A stretch of DNA of 64,000 nt from Casimicrobiaceae bacterium (GTDB lineage: Bacteria; Pseudomonadota; Gammaproteobacteria; Burkholderiales; Casimicrobiaceae), in the NCBI GenBank assembly GCA_044225845.1, contig JBGAIC010000011.1, positions 4,054 through 68,053 on the forward strand. The letters are read 5' to 3'. Positions 40,144 through 48,515 of the stretch are shown piece by piece. Each line of letters begins with the position of its first letter. The stretch's first letter is position 1. The notes below the pieces were generated by a model. The model saw nothing but the letters and a program-made list of their open reading frames with translations, was not told the origin of the DNA and did no database searches. The translations under genes were made by a program, and so were the position numbers.

Positions 40144-41313
40144 TTAATCCCAGCTCAACGCCCCACCAGTCTGATACTCAATCACCCGCGTCTCGAAGAA
40201 GTTCTTCTCCTTCTTGAGATCGATCATCTCGGCCATCCACGGGAACGGGTTGTCGGCCTTGTCAAATAGCGGGTCGAGGCCGATCTGCTGGCAGCGGCGG
40301 TTGGCGATGAAGCGCAGGTACTCCTTGAACATCGGCGCGTTGAGGCCCAGCACGCCGCGCGGCATCGTGTCCTCGGCGTACTTGTATTCGAGCTCGACGC
40401 CCTGGCGCATCAGTTCGGCGATCTCGGCCTTGAACTCGTTGGTCCACAGGTGCGGGTTCTCGAGCTTGATGGTGTTGACCAGGTCGATGCCGAAATTGCA
40501 GTGCATGCTCTCGTCGCGCAGGATGTACTGGTACTGCTCCGACGCGCCGGTCATCTTGTTCTGCCGGCCCATCGCCAGGATCTGCGTGAAGCCCACGTAG
40601 AAGAAGAGACCTTCCATGATGCAGCTGAAGACGATCAGGCTCTTCAAGAGCTGCTGGTCGGTTTCGGGCGTGCCGGTCTTGAACGCGGGATCGGTGAGCG
40701 TGTTGATGAACGGGATCAGGAAGTCGTCCTTGTCGCGGATGCTCTTGATCTCGTGGTACGCGTTGAAGATCTCCGCCTCGTCCAGCCCCAGGCTTTCGGT
40801 GATGTACTGGTAGGCGTGCGTGTGGATGGCTTCCTCGAACGCCTGGCGTAAGAGGTACTGGCGGCATTCGGGCGCCGTGATGTGGCGGTACGTGCCCAGC
40901 ACGATGTTGTTGGCGGCCAGCGAATCGGCCGTCACAAAGAAGCCCAGGTTGCGCTTGATGATCAGCCGCTCGTCATCGGTGAGCCCCGCGGGGTTCTTCC
41001 ACAGCTCGATGTCGCGCTGCATGTTGATCTCTTGCGGCATCCAGTGGTTGGCGCAGCCGGCGAGATACTTGTCCCAGGCCCACTTGTACTTGAACGGCAC
41101 CAGCTGGTTGACGTCGGCGGCGCCGTTGATGACGCGCTTGTCCTCCAGGCGGACGCGGCCGGTGCTCGTCGTGGCGTGCTTGTCCACGTCGATGTCGTGC
41201 ACGGGCTCGCGCGAGAGGATGCCGCCGGCGACTTGCGCGCGGATGGTCTCGGGCGTGGCGGCGGGCACCTTGCGGGGCGTGGCGGCCGGGATCTCGTCTT
41301 CAAAACTCAGCAT
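40144..41313 (-). CDS. nrdB: Class Ia ribonucleoside-diphosphate reductase beta subunit
   Basis: [39 protein letters not shown]. Confidence 0.96.
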   Translation of the reverse strand: MLSFEDEIPAATPRKVPAATPETIRAQVAGGILSREPVHDIDVDKHATTSTGRVRLEDKRVINGAADVNQLVPFKYKWAWDKYLAGCANHWMPQEINMQRDIELWKNPAGLTDDERLIIKRNLGFFVTADSLAANNIVLGTYRHITAPECRQYLLRQAFEEAIHTHAYQYITESLGLDEAEIFNAYHEIKSIRDKDDFLIPFINTLTDPAFKTGTPETDQQLLKSLIVFSCIMEGLFFYVGFTQILAMGRQNKMTGASEQYQYILRDESMHCNFGIDLVNTIKLENPHLWTNEFKAEIAELMRQGVELEYKYAEDTMPRGVLGLNAPMFKEYLRFIANRRCQQIGLDPLFDKADNPFPWMAEMIDLKKEKNFFETRVIEYQTGGALSWD

Positions 41314-41396
41314 GTGTGTCTCCGCTGGCGGTCTTCTTATATGGGGGCGGCGATGTCCATTTCCTCGCGCCCGCGTTCAATTCGTTGGCTGCAAAA

Positions 41397-41430
41397 CCCT
41401 CTCCCGGAGCCACGGCGGGACGGGAGAGGG
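41397..41430. repeat. CCCTCTCCCG/CGGGAGAGGG inverted repeat (REP-like hairpin)
   Basis: 10-bp perfect arms with a 14-nt spacer; a second GC-rich hairpin follows at about 41434-41480. Confidence 0.5.
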
Positions 41431-41495
41431 AAGGGCCGCTTCGCCCCGCGCCGTCTTGCCAGCGGCACGGGGAGCGGCCGGATCATTCACTGCGT

Positions 41496-41759
41496 CTAGT
41501 GCACTGCCCTCAGCTTGTCGTACAGGAACTCGGGGGTGAAGTCCTGTCCGTCGAGCCACGCGATCGAAGCAAGGCCGTAGTCCAGGTAAAACTCCGAAAA
41601 TCGCGAGCGGTCGCGCAGCGGTTCCATCGATTCGCCGACCAGATCGTCGGCGAGGTCGACGACGCCTTTGCGCCCGTCGTTGAACTCAAGCCATACCTTG
41701 TAGTCGCCGAGATACTTCGCCTCGATGACATGCCGTGGTGCAAATTCATACCGGGCCAA
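41496..41759 (-). CDS. DUF2442 domain protein
   Basis: AGGAG RBS + TTG; VIEAKYLGDYKVWLEFNDG...VDL, IAWLDGQDFTPEFLY. Confidence 0.85.
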   Translation of the reverse strand: MARYEFAPRHVIEAKYLGDYKVWLEFNDGRKGVVDLADDLVGESMEPLRDRSRFSEFYLDYGLASIAWLDGQDFTPEFLYDKLRAVH

Positions 41760-41851
41760 GACAGACTCCTTTCGCGAAGGTGAACCAGGGTCGCGGCCGT
41801 CCGGAAGGACGACGGTGCGCGGCACGGCCGGCCGCGCACCCCGGTGCAGCG

Positions 41852-41879
41852 AAAAGGGTCGGCCCATCTTCGATGGGCC
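41852..41879 (-). terminator. Hairpin GGCCCATC-GAA-GATGGGCC followed by a short U tract
   Basis: 8-bp perfect stem, then GACCCTTTT on the minus strand. Confidence 0.5.
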
Positions 41880-42140
41880 TTCCCGTCGGTACGACTGCCC
41901 TGTGCGCTACGTTCACCCTCTACGACTTCCTGTCTGGGTCCACGCTCCAGGTTCAATCTCGCTCGTTCCTGCGGGTCCGCGATCGTTGTTCCGCGCGGGA
42001 CTTCCTGCAGGGACGGCGTACCGCCAAAAACCTTGGCTCCTCGTTGGCCTTGCACTGGCACTGCTTGTTCGGGCGTTTGCCTCCGGATTCGTGTCGCTGT
42101 CTGTTCGAACGTTAGAGTTCGGCGCACGCGCCGAGACTCA
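41852..42140 (-). ncRNA. Candidate structured, GGA-rich RNA downstream of nrdA
   Basis: No convincing ORF; about 10 GGA including 3x CAGGAA; flanked by hairpins. Confidence 0.3.
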
Positions 42141-42151
42141 GAAACGAAGAC

Positions 42152-45100
42152 CTATTGGCAAGCCTCGCAAGTCGGATCGTCGATCGCGCAGAACTTCGGC
42201 TCGTCGGCTGCAGCCTGCGCCGCGGCCGGAGCCTTGGCTGTCAGCGTGGGGATGGCCGGGCCGCCAGCCGACACCGCATTCAGTTCACCGCCGCGGCCCG
42301 TCGACTTCTCGGCCGACGTCTTGGCCAGCGTGCGCAGGTAGTACGTCGTCTTGAGCCCACGCGTCCACGCGAGCTTGTACGTCTCGTCCAGCTTCTTGCC
42401 CGACGCGCCGGCCATGTAGATGTTCAGCGACTGCGCCTGGTCGATCCACTTCTGCCGGCGCGCGCCTGCTTCGACGATCCACGTGGCGTCCACTTCGAAC
42501 GCCGTAGCGTAGAGGCGGCGCAGTTCCGCCGGCACGCGGTCGATCTTGGCCAGCGAGCCGTCGAAGTACTTCAAGTCCGCGACCATCACGTCGTCCCACA
42601 GGTCGAGTTCCTTCAGGTCGCGCACCAGCTGCTCGTTGACCACCGTGAACTCGCCGGACAGGTTCGACTTGACGTAGATGTTCTGGTACTCGGGCTCCAC
42701 CGACGCGGCCACGCCGACGATGTTGCTGATCGTCGCGGTGGGCGCGATGGCGACGCAGTTGCTGTTGCGCATCCCGTGTTCCTTGATGCGCGCACGCAGC
42801 GCGTCCCAGTCCAGCGTCGACGATTCGTCGATGTCGACATAGCCGCCGCGCTCGTCGCGCAAGAGCTTCAGCGAATCCTGCGGCAGGATGCCGCGGTCCC
42901 ACAGGCTGCCCGTGTAGCTCGAGTAGTGGCCGCGCTCGGCGGCGAGCTCGGTGGACGCCCAGTACGCGTGGTAGCAGACCGCTTCCATCGACGTGTCGGC
43001 GAAGGCCAGTGCGTCCTGCGAGCCGTAGGCGACGCGCATCTGGTGCAGGCAATCCTGGAACGCCATGATGCCCAAGCCCACCGGGCGGTGCTTCAGGTTG
43101 GAGTTGCGCGCCTTCTTGACCGCGTAGTAGTTGATGTCGATCACGTTGTCGAGCATCCGCATCGCGGTCGTGATCGTGCGCTTGAGCTTGGCTTGATCCA
43201 GGCCCCAACCCTTGTCGGTCTGGACCATGTGCGCGAGCAGGTTCACCGAGCCCAGGTTGCACACGGCGATCTCGGTGTCGCTGGTGTTGAGCGTGATCTC
43301 GGTGCACAGGTTGGACGAGTGCACGGTGCCGACGTGCTGCTGCGGCGAGCGCACGTTGCACGCATCCTTGAACGTGATCCACGGATGGCCCGTCTCGAAC
43401 AGCATCGACAGCATCTTGCGCCAGAGCTGGACGGCCGGGATCTTCTTGAACAGCTTGAGATCCCCGCGCGCGGCGCGCTCTTCATAGCCCGTGTAGGCCT
43501 TTTCGAAGGCGCTGCCCCACTTGTCGTGCAGGTCGGGCACGTCGGACGGCGAGAACAGCGTCCAGTCGCCGCCTTCCATCACGCGCTTCATGAACAGGTC
43601 CGGGATCCAGTTGGCCGTGTTCATATCGTGCGTGCGACGGCGGTCGTCGCCCGTGTTCTTGCGTAGCTCCAGGAATTCCTCGATGTCCAGGTGCCAGGTT
43701 TCCAGGTAAGCGCACACCGCGCCCTTGCGCTTGCCGCCGTTGTGGGCGAGGCCACCGGACGTCATGTACGACTCGTCGGCGTCGACCTTCAGGTCCACGA
43801 CCAGCGGCTTGTGCACGATGGGCTTCACCGACTTCACGCGCGAGAAGATCGTGTGGCCGTGCGTGATCCAGTTGCGCTTGCCGATCGGTTCGGCGCCCAC
43901 GAGATCGGCCACTTCGGCGACTGCGGGAATGCGCAGGTCCCACGCCTTGGTCGTACCGCTGAACGTGGCCTTGGAGCCATCGCTGCGCAGGCCTTCGTGC
44001 GCGTTGGTGCGCTCGCGGTACTGGCCCGCGACGGGCACACCCATCCTCAGCATCTGGTAGCGCAGGCCTTCGGCCAGCGGCTTGGACGTCGACGTGAAGT
44101 AAATTTCCTTACCGCGCGACACGCCACCGTCGGTTTCGAGCAGCCCGCGCACCAGCGCACGCGTCTGCGGCCGGGGCAGGTGGGCGAGGCGCGGCGCGAT
44201 GTGTTTGCGATGCTCGCCGTCGTAGAGGTCGCCATACGTGAACGGCAGCGTCGGCGCGCCGGCGCCGGCGATGCGGCCGGTGGTGGCGTCACGCACGACA
44301 CCGACACCCGAGGCCCAGTGGATCTGGACGTACGTCGTGCCGCGGCCGGTTTCCCACGTATGGACGCCGCGCGCCGCGAGGTACTCGCGCACGAAGTCGA
44401 GATGCGTGTCGTTCTGCGGATTGCCCGACACGCCCCATTGCATGCCGTCCTTCGACAGGTGACCGTCGCCCAGCAGGATGCCGTACAGACGTGCCTCGTC
44501 CTCGCCGATGCCGTCCACCGCAACGGTTTCCTGCGGAATGGTCATGCCGACGTAATCGCCGCGCTTCAGCTCACCCGCGTCGACCCACTCGGCGCGCACC
44601 TTGCCCTTCGCTAGCCACTCGAGCGTGCGCGCGTTGGCCTGTTCCATCGGCACGCGGCGGATGGCCCAGAACGGATGGCCGTCGGTAACTTCCAGCGGCG
44701 CGAGCGAATGCTTGACGTCGACGGCGACCATCGCGTCGTGCTGCTCGTACACCATCTTCTCGAGCACTTCGCGGTACTGGCCGCTGTGGCCCAGCACCAG
44801 GTCGCCGGCCTTCACCGAGCGGATCGGCAGCATGCCGCGCGCCGTGTACACGGTGGTGTCGGGCGCGAAGCACTGGTTCACAGCTACCGCCGTGTCGTTG
44901 ACCACCTTCAGGAACGGCACGACACCTTGCGACTTGCCGTTGGTGCCCTTGATGTGCGAGCCCATCGCACGGACGTTGGTCCAGTCGTTGCCCAGGCCGC
45001 CGGCGAACTTGGACAGCAGCGCGTTTTCCTTGATGCCTTCGTAGATGCCGTCGAGGTCGTCGGCGATCGTCGTCAGGTAGCACGACGACAGCTGCGAGCG

Positions 45101-46207
45101 ATGCGTGCCGGAGTTGAACAGCGTGGGCGTCGACGACATGAAGTCGAACGTCGACAGCACGTTGTAGAACTCGATGGCGCGGGCTTCGCGATCGACTTCG
45201 TTGAGCGCCAGGCCCATCGCGACGCGCATGAAGAAGCACTGCGGCAGCTCGAAGCGGCGGCCGCCGACGTACTGGTCGACCAGGAAGTAGCGGTCGTACA
45301 GCGTCTGCAGGCCCAGGTAGCCGAACTGCAGGTCGCGCGAGGCGTTCAGCGCCTCGCCCAGCCGCGCCATGTCGTATTGGCCCAGTGCTTCGTTGAGGAG
45401 GCCGATCTTGATGCCGTGCTTGATGAAGCGCGGGAAGTACTCGGCGTACTTCGTCTCCATGTCGGCCTGCGTCGCTTCCTCGCCCAGCGCCTCGAAGCGC
45501 AGCGCGTCGAGCAGCAGGCGCGACGTGACGTACGAGTAGGCGGGATCCTTCTCGATCAGCGTGCGCGCGGCCAGCACCACGCCCTTGCGCACTTCTTCCA
45601 TCGGCACGCCGTCGTACAGGTCCTTGAGCGTGCTCTTGAGGATGAGTTCCGGGTCCGCATCGGACAGGCCTGCGCACGACGCCTTCACGAGGTTGGTCAG
45701 CCGCGCGAGATCCAGCGGCTTGCGCATGCCGTTGTCGGTGACGTTGATCGAGCCTTCGTGCGCCGGCGCGGCCTTTTCCTTGGCGGCGGCGCGTTCCTGC
45801 GCGCGACGCTCGCGGTACAGCACGTAGGCGCGCGCGGCTTCGTGTTCGCCGCCGCGCATCAGCGCCAGCTCCACCTGGTCCTGGATCTCCTCGATGTGGA
45901 TGGCGCCGCCTTCCGGCTTGCGCTTCATCAGCGCGGCGACGACGGCGTCGGTCAGCGTGGACACCTGCTCGCGGATGCGCGCGCTGGCCGCGCCTTGCCC
46001 GCCGTTGACGGCGAGGAAGGCCTTGGTCATCGCGACGGCGATCTTGGCCGGCTCGAAGCCGACCACGGCGCCATTGCGCCGGATGATCTTGTACTGGGCG
46101 AAGCGGGGGTCCGCGCCGCCGGCCACCGCACTGCCGGGCTCACCCACGACGAGGTCCCTCGGCGGTACCGAGGCGGACGGGGTGACGGCTTGCGGGGCTG
46201 TTTGCAT
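42152..46207 (-). CDS. nrdA: Class Ia ribonucleoside-diphosphate reductase alpha subunit (two ATP cones), intein-containing
   Basis: IIRRNG ATP cone, TPTLFNSG, LSSCY, SNLCTEI, VCNLGS, APTATIS, KTTYYLR, C-terminal CEACQ. Confidence 0.97.
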   Translation of the reverse strand: MQTAPQAVTPSASVPPRDLVVGEPGSAVAGGADPRFAQYKIIRRNGAVVGFEPAKIAVAMTKAFLAVNGGQGAASARIREQVSTLTDAVVAALMKRKPEGGAIHIEEIQDQVELALMRGGEHEAARAYVLYRERRAQERAAAKEKAAPAHEGSINVTDNGMRKPLDLARLTNLVKASCAGLSDADPELILKSTLKDLYDGVPMEEVRKGVVLAARTLIEKDPAYSYVTSRLLLDALRFEALGEEATQADMETKYAEYFPRFIKHGIKIGLLNEALGQYDMARLGEALNASRDLQFGYLGLQTLYDRYFLVDQYVGGRRFELPQCFFMRVAMGLALNEVDREARAIEFYNVLSTFDFMSSTPTLFNSGTHRSQLSSCYLTTIADDLDGIYEGIKENALLSKFAGGLGNDWTNVRAMGSHIKGTNGKSQGVVPFLKVVNDTAVAVNQCFAPDTTVYTARGMLPIRSVKAGDLVLGHSGQYREVLEKMVYEQHDAMVAVDVKHSLAPLEVTDGHPFWAIRRVPMEQANARTLEWLAKGKVRAEWVDAGELKRGDYVGMTIPQETVAVDGIGEDEARLYGILLGDGHLSKDGMQWGVSGNPQNDTHLDFVREYLAARGVHTWETGRGTTYVQIHWASGVGVVRDATTGRIAGAGAPTLPFTYGDLYDGEHRKHIAPRLAHLPRPQTRALVRGLLETDGGVSRGKEIYFTSTSKPLAEGLRYQMLRMGVPVAGQYRERTNAHEGLRSDGSKATFSGTTKAWDLRIPAVAEVADLVGAEPIGKRNWITHGHTIFSRVKSVKPIVHKPLVVDLKVDADESYMTSGGLAHNGGKRKGAVCAYLETWHLDIEEFLELRKNTGDDRRRTHDMNTANWIPDLFMKRVMEGGDWTLFSPSDVPDLHDKWGSAFEKAYTGYEERAARGDLKLFKKIPAVQLWRKMLSMLFETGHPWITFKDACNVRSPQQHVGTVHSSNLCTEITLNTSDTEIAVCNLGSVNLLAHMVQTDKGWGLDQAKLKRTITTAMRMLDNVIDINYYAVKKARNSNLKHRPVGLGIMAFQDCLHQMRVAYGSQDALAFADTSMEAVCYHAYWASTELAAERGHYSSYTGSLWDRGILPQDSLKLLRDERGGYVDIDESSTLDWDALRARIKEHGMRNSNCVAIAPTATISNIVGVAASVEPEYQNIYVKSNLSGEFTVVNEQLVRDLKELDLWDDVMVADLKYFDGSLAKIDRVPAELRRLYATAFEVDATWIVEAGARRQKWIDQAQSLNIYMAGASGKKLDETYKLAWTRGLKTTYYLRTLAKTSAEKSTGRGGELNAVSAGGPAIPTLTAKAPAAAQAAADEPKFCAIDDPTCEACQ
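43739..44872 (-). mobile_element. Intein (378 aa) with LAGLIDADG homing endonuclease; +1 residue is Gly
   Basis: Block A CFAPDTTV, block B VTDGHPF, YGILLGDG, RGLLETDG, FTSTSKPLAEGL, block F VVDLKV, terminal AHN. Removal restores VNQ/GGKRKGA. Confidence 0.93.
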
Positions 46208-46389
46208 GGGTGAATCTCCGTTGATCTTGTTGTGGGGTTCCGGGCGGGCGGCGCAGCGAAAGTAAAGCTCCCTGGCTGCTGCTGCGCTCCCCCGTGGCAG
46301 TGGAAATCGGGTCGATTTCGCCTGCGGTAATCCCCGGCGTCATGACGATGGGTTCAAACGCCGGGAAGAACCTCGCTGTAAGACGAAAT

Positions 46390-46436
46390 CTACTATATCT
46401 AGTGGTCAAAGCAAGCACCTGAACAAAGGATAGTGG
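46390..46436. promoter_or_regulatory. Tandem NrdR boxes
   Basis: CTACTATATCTAGTGG (46390-46405) and weaker GAACAAAGGATAGTGG (46421-46436), 31 bp apart; match the acaCwAtATaTwGtgt consensus. Confidence 0.8.
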
Positions 46437-46461
46437 CTGCGGCCGCTTCGCGCAAGGGGAT

Positions 46462-46547
46462 TTATCCACTGGGGAGGTATTGCGATTGCGCTGTCGAATC
46501 AATGGCTTGCATGGGCATGGCCAAACCGTTCAAAAAAATTACCCACA
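46462..46547 (+). promoter_or_regulatory. Two DnaA-box-like 9-mers upstream of nrdA
   Basis: TTATCCACT (46462-46470) and TTACCCACA (46539-46547), each one mismatch from TTATCCACA. Confidence 0.5.
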
Positions 46548-46748
46548 GCGTCCACCGAACCATCCACCGGTCGGCCAAAGTGTCCGACGTTGCAGCCATA
46601 CGACATTGATTTGACAGGATGCAGTGCAGCAAAACGCCGCGATTTGCGGCGATTGCGGGGCGTAGGATCGTGCCAGCGCGAAATTGGTGCAGAAGGCGCC
46701 GCCGACCCCGTTGCAGGAGGGGTTTTTGCTGCGCTGCGGGGTCCGACC

Positions 46749-47414
46749 CTATCTGATCGGCAGGGCGACCAGGGCGTCTCCGGCGACGGCCACGATGCGG
46801 TCGCCGGGCTCGGGCGCCATCACGTGGAGGCCAGTCAGCCGACCGAACGCGGGGAGGATCGCGCGGCGCCGACCGAGGACGAATGCGGGCAGGCGGACCG
46901 ACGGCTCGCCGCGCGCGCCGAGCCACACGCCGGGGTGGACGTGCCCGCACAGCGCATAGCCCGTCGGCGGCTGCGCGGGCTGGTGGCAGGCGAGGAAGGG
47001 CGCCATGGCGTGCGGATGGTCGACGGTCGCGATGTTCCAGTGCGCGGGCGGGTCGCCGGCGTGGTCGTCGTGGTTGCCGCGGATCAGGCGCACGTCGACG
47101 TCGTCGTGGCGCGCGCGCCATGCGGCGACGGCGCGGTCCAGCGCGTCGACGCGGCCGTCGCGCGCGTGGAGCAGGTCGCCCAGGATCACGAGCGTCGTCG
47201 CGCCGGTGGCGTCGAGCACGGCGGTGAGTCGCTCGAGGTCGGTGTCGTGCGCGCCGCCGGGCAGCGGGATGCCGGCCGCGCGGAACGTCGCGTCCTTGCC
47301 CAGATGCACGTCCGCGACGAACACGGTGCGCATCCGCGGCCAGTGCAGCGCGCGCAGCGCGAGCAGTTCGACGGCCTCGTCGGCGAGCGTGAGGGACAGG
47401 CGCGGCGCGGGCAT
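46749..47414 (-). CDS. pdeM: Ligase-associated DNA damage response endonuclease (metallophosphoesterase)
   Basis: VADVHLGKD, LGDLLHA, RGNHD, LCGHVHP, LPAFGRLTG. Confidence 0.9.
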   Translation of the reverse strand: MPAPRLSLTLADEAVELLALRALHWPRMRTVFVADVHLGKDATFRAAGIPLPGGAHDTDLERLTAVLDATGATTLVILGDLLHARDGRVDALDRAVAAWRARHDDVDVRLIRGNHDDHAGDPPAHWNIATVDHPHAMAPFLACHQPAQPPTGYALCGHVHPGVWLGARGEPSVRLPAFVLGRRRAILPAFGRLTGLHVMAPEPGDRIVAVAGDALVALPIR

Positions 47415-47534
47415 CGCGCCATTATCCCGTGCGGCATTTGCGAGCGCGTGCCACGGCGCGAACCAACCAGCGCGCGTATTGCTGCACGGGCGAGTGCGGC
47501 GCACACTCCCCCGGTTTCGCTTGCCGCGCGTGCC

Positions 47535-48335
47535 ATGCCTCGCTTCTCCGCCAACCTGTCGTTCCTGTTCACCGAGGTGCCGTTCCTCGAGCGCTTCGCG
47601 GAGGCGAAGCAGGCGGGATTCCACGCGGTGGAGTTCGGGTTTGCGTACGACTACGCCATCCGCGACATCGTCGCCCGCGGCGGACTCGCAGCAGCTCGAC
47701 GTCGTGCTGATCAACGCGCCGCCGGCGATTGGCGCGCGGGCGAGCGCGGGCTCGCATGCCTCGACGGTCGCGAGCACGAATTCGCGGCGGGCGTCGTCAC
47801 GGGGCTGCGCTATGCGTCGGCGCTGCATTGCCCGCGTTTGCACGTGATGGCGGGCGTGCTGCCCGTCGATGCGACGGACGACCAGCGCGCGCACGCACGG
47901 CGCCTCTACGTGCGCAACCTGCGTGCCGCGTGCGAGGAGGCGCACGCCTACGGCATCACGATCCTGATCGAGCCGATCAACTCGCGCGACATGCCGGGCT
48001 ACCTGCTGAACACGCAGGCCGAGGCGCACGCGATCCGCGCCATGGGAGCGCCCAACCTCAAGGTGCAGATGGACCTCTATCACGCGCAGGTCGTCGAAGG
48101 CGACCTCGCGACGAAGTTGAAGCGCTTGTTGCCGCAGATCGGGCACATCCAGATCGCCGGCGTGCCCGAGCGCGGCGAGCCGGACGTCGGCGAGGTCAAC
48201 TACCCGTATCTGTTCCGGCTGCTCGACGACTTGCGCTACGCGGGCTACGTCGGCTGCGAGTACCGGCCCGCGCGCGGCACGGCCGAGGGGCTGGCGTGGA
48301 TGTATCGGCTGCTGGATCGCGCGCCTGACGTCTAA
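47535..48335 (+). CDS. Hydroxypyruvate isomerase / 2-oxo-tetronate isomerase family protein (two compensating indels)
   Basis: MPRFSANLSFLFTE, IEPINSRDMPGY, DLYHAQ, GCEYRP. The expected segment DSQQLDVVLINAPP lies in another frame at about 47680-47725. Confidence 0.88.
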   Translation: MPRFSANLSFLFTEVPFLERFAEAKQAGFHAVEFGFAYDYAIRDIVARGGLAAARRRADQRAAGDWRAGERGLACLDGREHEFAAGVVTGLRYASALHCPRLHVMAGVLPVDATDDQRAHARRLYVRNLRAACEEAHAYGITILIEPINSRDMPGYLLNTQAEAHAIRAMGAPNLKVQMDLYHAQVVEGDLATKLKRLLPQIGHIQIAGVPERGEPDVGEVNYPYLFRLLDDLRYAGYVGCEYRPARGTAEGLAWMYRLLDRAPDV

Positions 48336-48515
48336 ATGGGGTCCGACTCGGCGTCTAAATGGTCAGACTCCATTTCCCGCGCGATGCAAAAGGAAAGTCT
48401 GAGGTCGTAGCCCGGAAATGGAGTCTGACCCCATAGACGCCGAGTCGGACCCCATTTAGACGCGCCAGGAAATAGAGTCTGACCCCATTTGATGGCTTGA
48501 CCCCATTTGATGGCT
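48329..48515. repeat. TGACCCC-type palindromic repeat cluster (REP/REPIN-like)
   Basis: 29-bp perfect IR 48329-48357 / 48434-48462; inner 17-bp IR 48361-48377 / 48414-48430; 18-bp tandem TGACCCCATTTGATGGCT x2 at 48480-48515. Confidence 0.85.

Noticed and set aside
41510-42127. 205-aa ORF between nrdA and nrdB as the missing DUF4160 toxin or an endonuclease
   Set aside because: No RBS or motifs, it overlaps DUF2442 out of frame, and it crosses a terminator-like hairpin.
43739-44872. Alternative intein boundaries giving a normal +1 residue, or a group I intron
   Set aside because: Only Q|C...HN|G restores the conserved NQGGKRKG. The nearest downstream Cys/Ser/Thr is Cys+9, and the insert is in frame with Hint motifs at both ends.
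48329-48515. Possible CRISPR array
   Set aside because: Units are inverted or directly tandem, with no regular unique spacers and no cas genes.
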